A stretch of DNA of 64,000 bases, from IMG/VR virus record IMGVR_UViG_3300012016_000699, positions 37,964-101,963 of that record; one strand, 5' to 3'. The translations under genes and the position numbers were made by a program. The first letter of the stretch is position 1. Every line of letters starts with the position of its first letter. This DNA comes from a virus (taxonomy: Duplodnaviria; Caudoviricetes). Positions 27,760 to 36,151 of this stretch are shown here, one piece after another. Below the pieces are notes generated by a model. The model was not told the DNA's origin. It saw only the letters and a program-made list of their open reading frames with translations, and ran no database searches.

Positions 27760-29130
27760 TTATTCCGTTGGTACATTTACTTTCGTCTTGACGACCATTC
27801 CCGTATTCGTCACCCTCTGCAGTCGGAAGAGCATTGACATGATCAGCATGTCGAGGTAGTCCGGTGAGTGTCCGAGGATGACCTTCATCGTCTCCTTCTT
27901 GATGATGTCGAACTTCACCGTGTCCTTGTCGATGTAGGCCTGCTTCAGCGCTCCCAGCTCGTCGGTGATGCGCTCTCTCTGCTCAGGGGTACATACTATC
28001 TTGATGGCCCTGCGGTTGATGAGGTCTGCGAGCTTGAAGGCGCACTCCGCCTTGAGGTTTGCATATCTGGGGTCCGTCGGCCTGGCGTTGGCGTGGAACT
28101 CCTTGATGCCGTTGAGGTACGACTCCAGGAACGAGCCGATACCATCGGCGTCCACCACCATGAGGCTGCGTGGTATGGCATCCCGTATCATGAGCTGCTT
28201 GAGCTGCTTCTCCACCTCAGCACCAGGCGAGTAGAGCATGTCGATGGCGATGTGGCAGACATTGCCTACCCATGAGCCTGCTATGAAGCGGTCATGGCCC
28301 TTGCCTGCGATATCGGCTGCTCCGCTCCGTGCACCAACCGCCTCCACATGGTCGTTGGTGAAGAGGTCGTTGATGGCATCGTAGTCACACAGCGTAGACG
28401 GGTCGTCATCATACTCGAAGTTACCGAAGTACAGACGCTGGACGGTGATCTTGTCAGCCCTCAGCAGGTTCTCGATGTAGGCCGGGTCGAGGTGCGGGTT
28501 GTCGGTAGGCAGCGACTTGACGAACTTGCGCGTCGGTGGCAGCGTGCCATCCTTGGCAGGCTTGACGAAGTCGTTGTATATCCAGTTGCGCCTCGGGTTA
28601 CAGGTGTACAGGGCCTTCGGGATGGTGCGCCACGGCCTGCCGTTCTCATGGAAGCCCGTCAGCACGGAGAAACGTCCCTTGAGGACGCTCACGGCCTTCT
28701 CGCTCACCTGCTGGGCCTCGTCGATGAACAGGTCGGTGATGCCGAGTGAGCCCAGACGGTCATACTCCGGGTCTGAGGGGCGGTACTGCAGGTCGACGAA
28801 GAATATCTTGGAGCCGTTCTTGAACTCCGCGATCATCGTCGTGGCGTTGTACTGCACCAGGTCGGTGAGCCCCAGCTTAGACAGAATTTCAAAGAACGTG
28901 ATGAGCGTGGTCTTCTTCATCGTGACCGACTGCTCACGGCATATCAGCCCTACGCTGCCAGGCAGCTGGATCCGTCGAAGTATCATCCACAGGCACCCGA
29001 ACCACGTCTTGCCTCCACGGGCACCGCCGCCATAGAGAACCTCGTTGACGGTGGTGTCGCTGGCCGACAGGTATTTCCATGCCAGTGCCTGCTTCTTGAA
29101 CAGTTTTATCTTTACCTCTCCAGCTGCCAT
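27760..29130 (-). CDS. terL: Terminase large subunit
   Basis: Walker A YGGGARGGKT, FIDEAQ, TCNP, DNPHL, HSPDYLD. Confidence 0.95.
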   Translation of the reverse strand: MAAGEVKIKLFKKQALAWKYLSASDTTVNEVLYGGGARGGKTWFGCLWMILRRIQLPGSVGLICREQSVTMKKTTLITFFEILSKLGLTDLVQYNATTMIAEFKNGSKIFFVDLQYRPSDPEYDRLGSLGITDLFIDEAQQVSEKAVSVLKGRFSVLTGFHENGRPWRTIPKALYTCNPRRNWIYNDFVKPAKDGTLPPTRKFVKSLPTDNPHLDPAYIENLLRADKITVQRLYFGNFEYDDDPSTLCDYDAINDLFTNDHVEAVGARSGAADIAGKGHDRFIAGSWVGNVCHIAIDMLYSPGAEVEKQLKQLMIRDAIPRSLMVVDADGIGSFLESYLNGIKEFHANARPTDPRYANLKAECAFKLADLINRRAIKIVCTPEQRERITDELGALKQAYIDKDTVKFDIIKKETMKVILGHSPDYLDMLIMSMLFRLQRVTNTGMVVKTKVNVPTE

Positions 29131-29247
29131 TTCATTAGTTGTTTAACGTCGGGGCTGGCGACGCGCACGTGTGCGCAGGAGGCTCAGATTGCACCTCAGC
29201 AGGCCCCAGTATTTGGTGGACTGTCAAAAACGTCCACTTTCCAGGGC

Positions 29248-29760
29248 CTACAGCCCGCCACCCTCCACGCCGGGACTCTTCGCCCCGCCGAAGGTGAAGC
29301 CTTCCTTGTCGACCAGTGCGAGGTCGAGGACTGCGAACAGCGCCTCGATGTGCCTGATGTTGAGCCCCCGCTTGCCCCCGAGGAACGAGGACAGGCTGTT
29401 GGCGTTGATGTCTGCGGAGGCGGCCACCTTGTTCATGGGCAGGTTGAGCTCCCCGATGCGCAGCTTGATCTTCTGGCGGATGAGGGCGTGCTGACTGCTC
29501 CTGATGGCATTGACGTCCACTGGCGGCTGCTCCACGGTGACGGGATTGGGCTTGTAGTCCTTCGGCTTCACGGTGAGGCCGAGGTACATCAGCACCATTT
29601 CGAGGTCGTCGATGGGGAAGCAGCGTTTGCCCGTGAGGAATGACGAGAAGTTCTGGAGGGTGAGCCCCAGGTCCTCGCAAACTGCTTTCTTCGTGATGCC
29701 GAGCTGCTTGATGCGCAGGGCGATCTTCTCCCGGATGGGAGTCATTTCATTCTGTGTCAT
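29248..29760 (-). CDS. Tandem double XRE-HTH regulator
   Basis: Two related units (..NFSSFLTGKR.. and ..NSLSSFLGGKR..). Confidence 0.85.
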   Translation of the reverse strand: MTQNEMTPIREKIALRIKQLGITKKAVCEDLGLTLQNFSSFLTGKRCFPIDDLEMVLMYLGLTVKPKDYKPNPVTVEQPPVDVNAIRSSQHALIRQKIKLRIGELNLPMNKVAASADINANSLSSFLGGKRGLNIRHIEALFAVLDLALVDKEGFTFGGAKSPGVEGGGL

Positions 29761-31420
29761 AGTCTTCTATTTTTAGGATTTCCATTGCTCTTTCAATGTC
29801 TGAATCTTTTTTCGCGTCGTCCCGGGCACCGATGACGTTCTTCGCCACCAGTCTCTCCTGCTCGATGACTTCGTTGATCCTCTCGTCGATGGTGTTCTTG
29901 CCAAGGAGGTAGTAGCAGTTCACGGCATTCTTCTGGCCGTTGCGGTGTGCCCTTGCCTCTGATTGCTCACAGTCGGCGCACGTCCACGGCAGCTCTACGA
30001 ACAGCTGGCGTGAGGCGGCGGTGAGGGTCACGCCACAGCCCCCGCTACGGTAGTTCACGACGATAAGGCGGCAGGACGGGTCTTTCTGGAAGGTGTCGAT
30101 GGCCCTCTGCTTCTCCGCTGCGGTGTCAGCCCCGGTGATGGTGACAATATCTGGGAAGTGCTTCCTTATCTCCTCCGTCACGCTCTTGTGGAACACGAAC
30201 ACGATGAGCTTCTGCCCGCCGTCGATGACATCATGGATGAAGGGGATGGCAACGTGCATCTTACCCTTGGCGGTAATCTGGCGCAGATGGCTGATGCGAA
30301 CCATGACCTCGCCACGCATGGACTTGCGGATGCGCTTGTTCGACATGCGGGCGTACTTCTTGAGGTAGGTGACGAGATCCTGCTCTGCCAGTGCGTACTC
30401 GTGGCGGTTCGATATCTCAACGCTGAAGTGCTGGCGGGTCTTCTCCGGGAGGTCTTTCAGCACGAGCGACTTGTCACGGCGGAAGAAGCAGGTCTGCCAC
30501 AGGCGCATGTTCAGCTCCGCCATGTTGCTGGCCCCGTCACGGCAGTAGCGCTGCTTGAACCTGCGGACGCCGCCGAAGTCGTCCATGCGGCGCATGATCT
30601 TCAGCTGCTGGATGAGGTCTGCGTTGCCCAGCACGACAGGAGTGCCGGAAAGCATGAAGATATACTCGGTGTCCTGGCACAGCCTCTCGAGGAACTTGCT
30701 GCTCTGCGAGGAACGCTCCTTGACATGGTGGCACTCGTCGATGATGACGGTTCGGAACATGGTTGCGTGCTCCTTGGGGATGATGTTCTTCACGGCATAG
30801 TTGTTGCCGCGCACCCTCTCGATGAAGTACTTGCGGATGGACTCGTAGTTTACGATGACGACGGAGTAGCTGCCTGCCTGCACGAACTTCCACCAGTCGT
30901 AGCGGTGGTCGTCGTCGATGACGAGACAGCGCTTCTGCGTCCATTTCTCGAACTCACGCTTCCATGTCTCCTTCATGGCTAGCGGCGACACCACGAGGAC
31001 GGGATAGGACTTCGCCAGCCAGCAGGTACCCACGGCCTGCAGTGTCTTTCCAAGGCCCATGTCGTCGGCGAAGAACGTGCGCTTATGCTCCAGTGCATAG
31101 CGCATCCCCCTCACCTGGTAGTCGTAGGGCTTGAATGGGATGTTCTCAGGCAGCTCCATGGAAGGCATGCGGTCGGCGAAGAGCTGATGTACGTCCACCT
31201 TCCCGTCGATGTCGATGATGTCCGATGCCAGCGAACGCTTCACGGCAAAGCGGCAGAAGTCCATGACGAAGGACCTCTGCTCCTTTGGTACCGTCCACAG
31301 GCTGCTGTCCTGCGAGAACTCCATGCCCGGAATCATACGGGCATAGTGTGCCAGCAGGGGCGAGGCCTCCATGCAGACGGCGATGGCGTCGGGTTTCTCT
31401 ATGAGGTAGATGGGTGTCAC
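29747..31420 (-). CDS. SNF2-family helicase/ATPase
   Basis: ADDMGLGKT, IIDECH, LSGTP, GVTLTAA, QSEARAHRNGQ. Confidence 0.92.
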   Translation of the reverse strand: MTPIYLIEKPDAIAVCMEASPLLAHYARMIPGMEFSQDSSLWTVPKEQRSFVMDFCRFAVKRSLASDIIDIDGKVDVHQLFADRMPSMELPENIPFKPYDYQVRGMRYALEHKRTFFADDMGLGKTLQAVGTCWLAKSYPVLVVSPLAMKETWKREFEKWTQKRCLVIDDDHRYDWWKFVQAGSYSVVIVNYESIRKYFIERVRGNNYAVKNIIPKEHATMFRTVIIDECHHVKERSSQSSKFLERLCQDTEYIFMLSGTPVVLGNADLIQQLKIMRRMDDFGGVRRFKQRYCRDGASNMAELNMRLWQTCFFRRDKSLVLKDLPEKTRQHFSVEISNRHEYALAEQDLVTYLKKYARMSNKRIRKSMRGEVMVRISHLRQITAKGKMHVAIPFIHDVIDGGQKLIVFVFHKSVTEEIRKHFPDIVTITGADTAAEKQRAIDTFQKDPSCRLIVVNYRSGGCGVTLTAASRQLFVELPWTCADCEQSEARAHRNGQKNAVNCYYLLGKNTIDERINEVIEQERLVAKNVIGARDDAKKDSDIERAMEILKIEDYDTE

Positions 31421-31434
31421 GGCTGCTCTCCTCC

Positions 31435-31866
31435 CTATTCCGTTTCAATCTTGACCTTCGTCTCTTTCTCCTCCAGGTCGTCACCTTCCAGCGAGAGGCT
31501 GATGACTTTCGGAAACAGCGACTCACCGTTGGAGGTGATATCGTGACGCTCTGTGAAGCCCTCGTTCTTGCCGAGGGTTGATAGGATATAACGGACTGTC
31601 TGGGGGTCCGGGCGCTCTATCCAGCCGATGAGCTTCCCTGCCTTGTCGAGCTTTGGGATACCGACGCAGAGGGCGCGGGCGGCTGTAAGGGCCTCATCAA
31701 AGAGGCGCATCTTATAGTCGTCCACGACCTCCCGGAACTCCTTGTCCTCAGCCATCCAGTTATAGACGGACTGACGGGAGCATCCCAGCGCCTGTGCTAT
31801 CCTCGTGAGGTTTCCCTGGCAGGCATCCGCAATTTCCTTGAATGTATTGAAGTCGGGTTTCGTCAT
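31435..31866 (-). CDS. terS: Terminase small subunit (probable)
   Basis: N-terminal HTH (IAQALGCSRQSVYNW), YILSTLGKNEGFTERHDITSNGE. Confidence 0.75.
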   Translation of the reverse strand: MTKPDFNTFKEIADACQGNLTRIAQALGCSRQSVYNWMAEDKEFREVVDDYKMRLFDEALTAARALCVGIPKLDKAGKLIGWIERPDPQTVRYILSTLGKNEGFTERHDITSNGESLFPKVISLSLEGDDLEEKETKVKIETE

Positions 31867-31870
31867 ATTC

Positions 31871-32329
31871 TCAGAACAAGCTTCCCTGCTGAGGAAGGTG
31901 GCGCACGCCCGGATTGCGGGCGATCATGTTTGCGAACCACCAGTTACGGCAGGTGTTGAAGAACTTGTTCCGGGACTGGGGAAGTGACCAATCGATAAAC
32001 CTGTTGCTGATTTCGAGCCTGCGGGCATTCAGGATCCTGCAGCGGATGAACGCGTCGTCAACCTCGATGACGCTACCGCAGCTGTAGGTGAAGGCCAGGT
32101 GCAGGTTCTTCTCCCACACGAAATTGGCATCCACGCCACAGAGATAATAATAGGGCGACTCCTCAAGCTGGAGGTTGGCTGGCAGCTGGCGCATGAACCC
32201 GCGTACGCGACGGTCGTTATGACCGAGGAGCGATTTCATGCAGTGGTTACTCAGGTCAACCCCGTTCACATAACGGAGCCACAGAATCTTGTAGAAGCCC
32301 TTCAGCTCAGCATATTCTATTGTAATCAT
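31871..32329 (-). CDS. Hypothetical protein next to the ParB-methyltransferase module
   Basis: HCMKSLLG, YYYLCGV, NLHLAF; ends QGSLF. Confidence 0.7.
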   Translation of the reverse strand: MITIEYAELKGFYKILWLRYVNGVDLSNHCMKSLLGHNDRRVRGFMRQLPANLQLEESPYYYLCGVDANFVWEKNLHLAFTYSCGSVIEVDDAFIRCRILNARRLEISNRFIDWSLPQSRNKFFNTCRNWWFANMIARNPGVRHLPQQGSLF

Positions 32330-32355
32330 ACGTTAATTCCTTGTTGTTCTACGGT

Positions 32356-32418
32356 TTTGATTAAAATCTTATTTGCATAGACAAAGATACAAAGAAATTA
32401 TCAAATATGCAAGTTTTT
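32356..32418 (-). promoter_or_regulatory. Repeated promoter/leader, copy 1
   Basis: Minus strand TTGCATATTTGATAA..TATCTTTG (32382-32389)..GCAAATAAGAT. Confidence 0.85.
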
Positions 32419-32468
32419 CAGCAACTCTTTTTTAATCTAATCGGCAACTTTCCAAGACCTCGGAACGT

Positions 32469-33869
32469 TTACTTTCTCTTGGATATCTCCTGCACCTCCT
32501 CGTCGGTGGCCTCGGGGAACCCGAACACCTTGAGGGCGTCCTGGTGACGGCCGTAGCGTACCTTGTTGGGGAGCTGCATATTGAACTCATAGATAAGCGC
32601 CTCGCGGTACTGCTGCTCGGTCAGCTCACGGACCTTCGTGCAGCCGAAGCCGAAGTAGCCGGACTTCTCGTAGGTGACGAAAGGCTCCAGGCCGAACTTC
32701 GCAGGCAGCGCGTCGTACTGCTCCTTGCGCAGGAACTTCTGGAAGAACCACTGTCCCTGCAGGATATACGCCGTGAGGCCGTTGTCATCAAGGAAACGGA
32801 CGGACAGGCCGCCGTCGGTGGTGCAGCGCTTGGCATCGATCAGCTTCTCCACATTGGCCCTCATGCGGCCGGAGAAGAACACCTTGCCGCCCATCTTGCA
32901 GAACAGGTTGAGGCACGTCAGCACACTGTCCTCCGCGAACTGGCTGACCACGGAGTTGATGACGGCATCACAGATGACGTAGTCGAAACGGCCGTGCTTC
33001 TGGTAGTGGGAGAAGAACTTGTCGATCATCTGGTGTCCCTTCTCTACGGAGATACCAACGCGGTTGTGGTTGAAGAACTCCAGTCCGATGGCGTTCCTGT
33101 AGTTGTGCTGCATGCGCACCTTGTCGATGCACATCGCCTTGCCGCATCCGAAGTCAAGGATGTTGATGTCCTTCGGCTCTTCCAGCAGCCACTTCACCAC
33201 CTGGCGGTAGAGAATCGACCAGTCGATGGCGGCATGGCGGGGAGGCTGTGCAAGTCCCTGCTGGAACTCCGGGCAGTCGAGCGCGTCATAGCAGAACACG
33301 CCATAGTCCTGCTTGAAGTAGTAGTCGAAGACAGAACGCTTCTCGGCCTCCAGAACGTAGGCATGGACGGGGATATCGAGCCGCTGGCAGGCATACACGT
33401 AGTTGTTGCCGAACACAACCTCGCCGTCGCAGATGATGGCGCAGAGGGCATCCTTGTAGCGCATGATAAGGCCGCACATGTCCTTCACCAAGGTCGGCTG
33501 GCACTGGGGCAGGTCGAAGTCGGTGTTTGGAATCTCCGTGTAGAACTGTGCCGGTGCAAGGTCGCCCTTGAACCTGCCAAGCGTCTCAGGCTCATGCTCC
33601 ACGCCGTTGTGGATGAGGTTGAACAGCATCTCGTCCTGCAGCTCTACACCATGGACGTAGAAGCAGGGTACCTCCTCGATGCCTACCTTCGTAGCGGCCT
33701 TCGTGCGCTGGTGGCCGGCGATGATTGTCATGTTGTCTTTGTTGATGATGATCGGCAGGATAAAGCCGAGGGTCTTCAGGCTGCCTTGCAGCTCGACGAA
33801 GGCAGCCTCACTGAGCTTGCGGGGGTTGTACTCCGCAGGGTGGATTTCACTGATTTTTACGTACTCCAT
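32469..33869 (-). CDS. ParB/Srx-domain + SAM-dependent methyltransferase
   Basis: PAEYNPRKLS, IIAGHQRTKA, degenerate second ParB (VVFGNNY), ILDFGCGK, DAVINSV. Confidence 0.85.
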   Translation of the reverse strand: MEYVKISEIHPAEYNPRKLSEAAFVELQGSLKTLGFILPIIINKDNMTIIAGHQRTKAATKVGIEEVPCFYVHGVELQDEMLFNLIHNGVEHEPETLGRFKGDLAPAQFYTEIPNTDFDLPQCQPTLVKDMCGLIMRYKDALCAIICDGEVVFGNNYVYACQRLDIPVHAYVLEAEKRSVFDYYFKQDYGVFCYDALDCPEFQQGLAQPPRHAAIDWSILYRQVVKWLLEEPKDINILDFGCGKAMCIDKVRMQHNYRNAIGLEFFNHNRVGISVEKGHQMIDKFFSHYQKHGRFDYVICDAVINSVVSQFAEDSVLTCLNLFCKMGGKVFFSGRMRANVEKLIDAKRCTTDGGLSVRFLDDNGLTAYILQGQWFFQKFLRKEQYDALPAKFGLEPFVTYEKSGYFGFGCTKVRELTEQQYREALIYEFNMQLPNKVRYGRHQDALKVFGFPEATDEEVQEISKRK

Positions 33870-33871
33870 AG

Positions 33872-34561
33872 TTATCTAGCGTTAAGTTTGCTTACAATAT
33901 CCTTCACAAAGCCGAAGTCCACACAGGCGGTATCGACATACTCCTCGTACTTCTCGCGCAACAGGTCGTACTCCTCACGGGTGACAGGCACCGAATACTT
34001 GCCGAAGCTGAGCATGTCTATCTTCTTCACGCGGCTGCCCTTGATGGAGGTGACGACGGTGGGATCCTTATCGGGGTCGTAGAACACGCCCTCGTCCACG
34101 CCGAAGCTCACCAGCGTCACCTCGTCGAAGAGGATCTCGGCCTTGTCGTAATCGAACTCGGCGAACTCCCTGTTTCCCTTGATGATGACCTCCTTCTTCC
34201 GCTCCTCGGTAAGACCTTCGTGGCGGTCAACGATGACCACAGGGTTCTCCTTCCACTTCTCCCAATAGCCGATGACGGCTTCCTTCTCGTTCTCACTCAT
34301 GGCCTGGTAGCGGTCGTTGTCCTGCAGGACCACCTTCCATGCGAAAGGCTCCTTGGCCAGTATCTCCTCCTGCAGCACCTTCACGCGCTGGTTGCCCTCA
34401 AGGACAACGTTGTCCTCGTCGATGACGATGAGCTTCGCCTCGTTGAGCATCTTGGGAAAGAGCATGACGCTCTGCTGGAGCCTCTTCAGCCGTGCCGCCG
34501 TTATCTTACGCGGATTGATGGGGTTCTGCTTTAACTCGTTGACATTTATTTGCTGTATCAT
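33872..34561 (-). CDS. ParB/Srx N-terminal domain protein
   Basis: NPINPRKI, VLEGNQR. Confidence 0.8.
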   Translation of the reverse strand: MIQQINVNELKQNPINPRKITAARLKRLQQSVMLFPKMLNEAKLIVIDEDNVVLEGNQRVKVLQEEILAKEPFAWKVVLQDNDRYQAMSENEKEAVIGYWEKWKENPVVIVDRHEGLTEERKKEVIIKGNREFAEFDYDKAEILFDEVTLVSFGVDEGVFYDPDKDPTVVTSIKGSRVKKIDMLSFGKYSVPVTREEYDLLREKYEEYVDTACVDFGFVKDIVSKLNAR

Positions 34562-34564
34562 GGC

Positions 34565-35338
34565 TTAGTCCTCCTGTTCGTTTTCGGGTTCAACTTCCTG
34601 TTCGCTCTCTTCCTCCGCCTCGGTGTCCTCGTCCTTCTCTCCGTAGAGTATGGCCTCCTGGAGCTCCGTGTCACCCAGCAGCCATGCGAGGAATCCGTCG
34701 GTCTTGTCGCCGTGCCTGCTCTTGTACTCCTCCACCAGCTGCTCCAGACTCTCGTACTCGGCATCGGTGAGGAAGAACTCGACATAGCCGCACTTGAAGG
34801 TCTTCATGGTAATCTTATTCTTGCCGGCCTCAACGTCGTTGATCTTGTCGGCGTAGTCGTAGAGGTCCCAGCTGACACTTCCGAAGAAGTCGCAGATGAG
34901 GTCGCGGCTAAAGAACTTACGCAGCATTTCGGGATCGTCCTCTCCGGAGTGCAGGTTCTCCTTCATCAGCAACTCACGCTTCTCCTCCTCGCTGAATGTC
35001 TCTATGGTACGGCAGGGCACTTCCGGGTTGGACTGCCACTGTAGCCAGTACTGGATGAGGTTACGCTGCTGCTCCTCTGCCATTTCACGGTAGATAGTCT
35101 GCTGGACCAGCATGTCCTCTATTGTGTCTTCGTCCATTTCAAGGATAGCACGAAGGGACTTACAGCGGTGGTTGCCGCTCCAGATTACGCTCTCGTTGTC
35201 GATCTTGATGGGGTTGATGGCCATCATCCAGGGAGAGAGCAGGAGGCTCTGGGTCAGTTTCTCCTGCATGAACTCCGTGATGGTCCTCGGGTTCAGCGGG
35301 TTAATGACTAACTCCCTTACGTTTACTAACTTATCCAT
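34565..35338 (-). CDS. ParB/Srx N-terminal domain protein (paralog of 33872..34561)
   Basis: NPLNPRTI, IWSGNHR. Confidence 0.8.
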   Translation of the reverse strand: MDKLVNVRELVINPLNPRTITEFMQEKLTQSLLLSPWMMAINPIKIDNESVIWSGNHRCKSLRAILEMDEDTIEDMLVQQTIYREMAEEQQRNLIQYWLQWQSNPEVPCRTIETFSEEEKRELLMKENLHSGEDDPEMLRKFFSRDLICDFFGSVSWDLYDYADKINDVEAGKNKITMKTFKCGYVEFFLTDAEYESLEQLVEEYKSRHGDKTDGFLAWLLGDTELQEAILYGEKDEDTEAEEESEQEVEPENEQED

Positions 35339-35378
35339 TTTTTGCTGTAATGTTGAGATTTGATTATGAAAAACGGTG

Positions 35379-35433
35379 CAAATATAATCATTTATCGTAA
35401 CTTTTACGACTTTTTACGATATAAAATGATTAT
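35379..35433 (-). promoter_or_regulatory. Promoter of the ParB cluster with overlapping inverted repeat
   Basis: TATATTTG at 35379-35386; ataatcatttatcgtaa / ttacgatataaaatgattat imperfect palindrome. Confidence 0.6.
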
Positions 35434-35457
35434 TTTTGTGAATTTTTAGGTCTAAAG

Positions 35458-35489
35458 TTTGGATAATCGGGCAAAAGTGCCTAATTTTG
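35458..35489 (+). promoter_or_regulatory. Consensus Bacteroidota sigma-A promoter facing against phage transcription
   Basis: TTTG (35458-35461), 20-nt spacer, TAATTTTG (35482-35489). Confidence 0.75.
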
Positions 35490-35492
35490 CAT

Positions 35493-35619
35493 ATGAGATT
35501 AATACAATTCCAAACTGTTCTGCCTCGATGCCGTTTGGCGGGAGGTCACTTTTTGCGATTTGATATTATCTTATTTGCTTAAAAAAGGACTGGCTGTGAA
35601 GCTCGTCCTTTCTTTTTTT
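35493..35619 (+). ncRNA. Putative multi-target antisense sRNA (~125 nt)
   Basis: Bounded by a promoter and an intrinsic terminator; segments complementary to several phage mRNA leaders. Confidence 0.6.
35581..35619 (+). terminator. Intrinsic terminator (possibly bidirectional)
   Basis: aaaggac-tggc / gctc-gtccttt hairpin followed by a T7 run. Confidence 0.75.
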
Positions 35620-35636
35620 ACGTCCACTTCATAGAC

Positions 35637-35671
35637 AAAGAAAGGCAGACCGTCGGTAGTGACAGCCTGCC
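35637..35671 (-). terminator. Intrinsic terminator of the early cassette
   Basis: Minus strand ggcaggctgtc-actacc-gacggtctgcc-tttcttt. Confidence 0.75.
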
Positions 35672-35673
35672 CG

Positions 35674-35729
35674 TGGCGGGGTAACAGAACATTCCAGTTG
35701 CAAATAGATAATAATCCCGGCCCCCGCCA
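35674..35729 (-). other. 3'-UTR stem-loop whose loop is antisense to the repeated leaders
   Basis: tggcgggg/ccccgcca stem enclosing aacagaaca and ttgcaaatagataataatc (plus-strand text). Confidence 0.65.
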
Positions 35730-35734
35730 GTGGT

Positions 35735-36151
35735 TTAGCCGAAGGTGTGCATCAGGCCATGCTTCTCGTCGTAGTCCCATAGGAAGTCGTGCTTGCCCTT
35801 GCAGCTGCAGGAGGAGCATTTGTACGGCGGGCACCTGTGGCAGAAGCCGTTCCTGTTGTCCCTGCACCTGGCGACGAAGCCCTTCAGGGCCTCCGAGCGC
35901 AGCCTCTGCTGCTCCTCACCCTTGATGTAGAGGTCTATCCTGCTCCTTGCCACGCGCTCCAGGGTGGCGATATCGGCATAGCCGCTGGTGTAGACCTGCT
36001 GCACGTCCCTGTCCGTACGCTTGACGTACACCGTGACGCCCTTGAACTTCCGGAAACGGAAGCAGTAGGCGTGCCCCCTGTACGATCCCTTGCGGAAGGA
36101 GCCCTGCTCGGTGAGCGGGTACTCGTTATCCTCGAACTTCTCCAGTGCCAT
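35735..36151 (-). CDS. Hypothetical protein with Cys-rich C-terminus
   Basis: ORF; C..C..C...C..C cluster. Confidence 0.6.
   Translation of the reverse strand: MALEKFEDNEYPLTEQGSFRKGSYRGHAYCFRFRKFKGVTVYVKRTDRDVQQVYTSGYADIATLERVARSRIDLYIKGEEQQRLRSEALKGFVARCRDNRNGFCHRCPPYKCSSCSCKGKHDFLWDYDEKHGLMHTFG

Noticed and set aside
29131-29247. Own-leader complement for the copy-1 unit (also sought for the copy-6 and dnaN units)
   Set aside because: No convincing match found, so the 5'-3' pairing pattern is not universal.
10435-34082. Long plus-strand ORFs (e.g. 10435..12384, 15604..16644, 32544..34082)
   Set aside because: Antisense shadows of GC3-rich minus-strand genes; no recognisable motifs.
32469-35338. 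ParB genes as the PRTRC ParB or a partition system
   Set aside because: Short NPR/GxxR ParB-Srx domains with no HTH or ParA partner, located by terS; terminase-associated type.
35493-35582. 29-aa plus-strand ORF MRLIQFQTVLPRCRLAGGHFLRFDIILFA
   Set aside because: The ATG sits at the expected transcription start, and the sequence is better explained by anti-leader segments. A leaderless peptide is not fully excluded.
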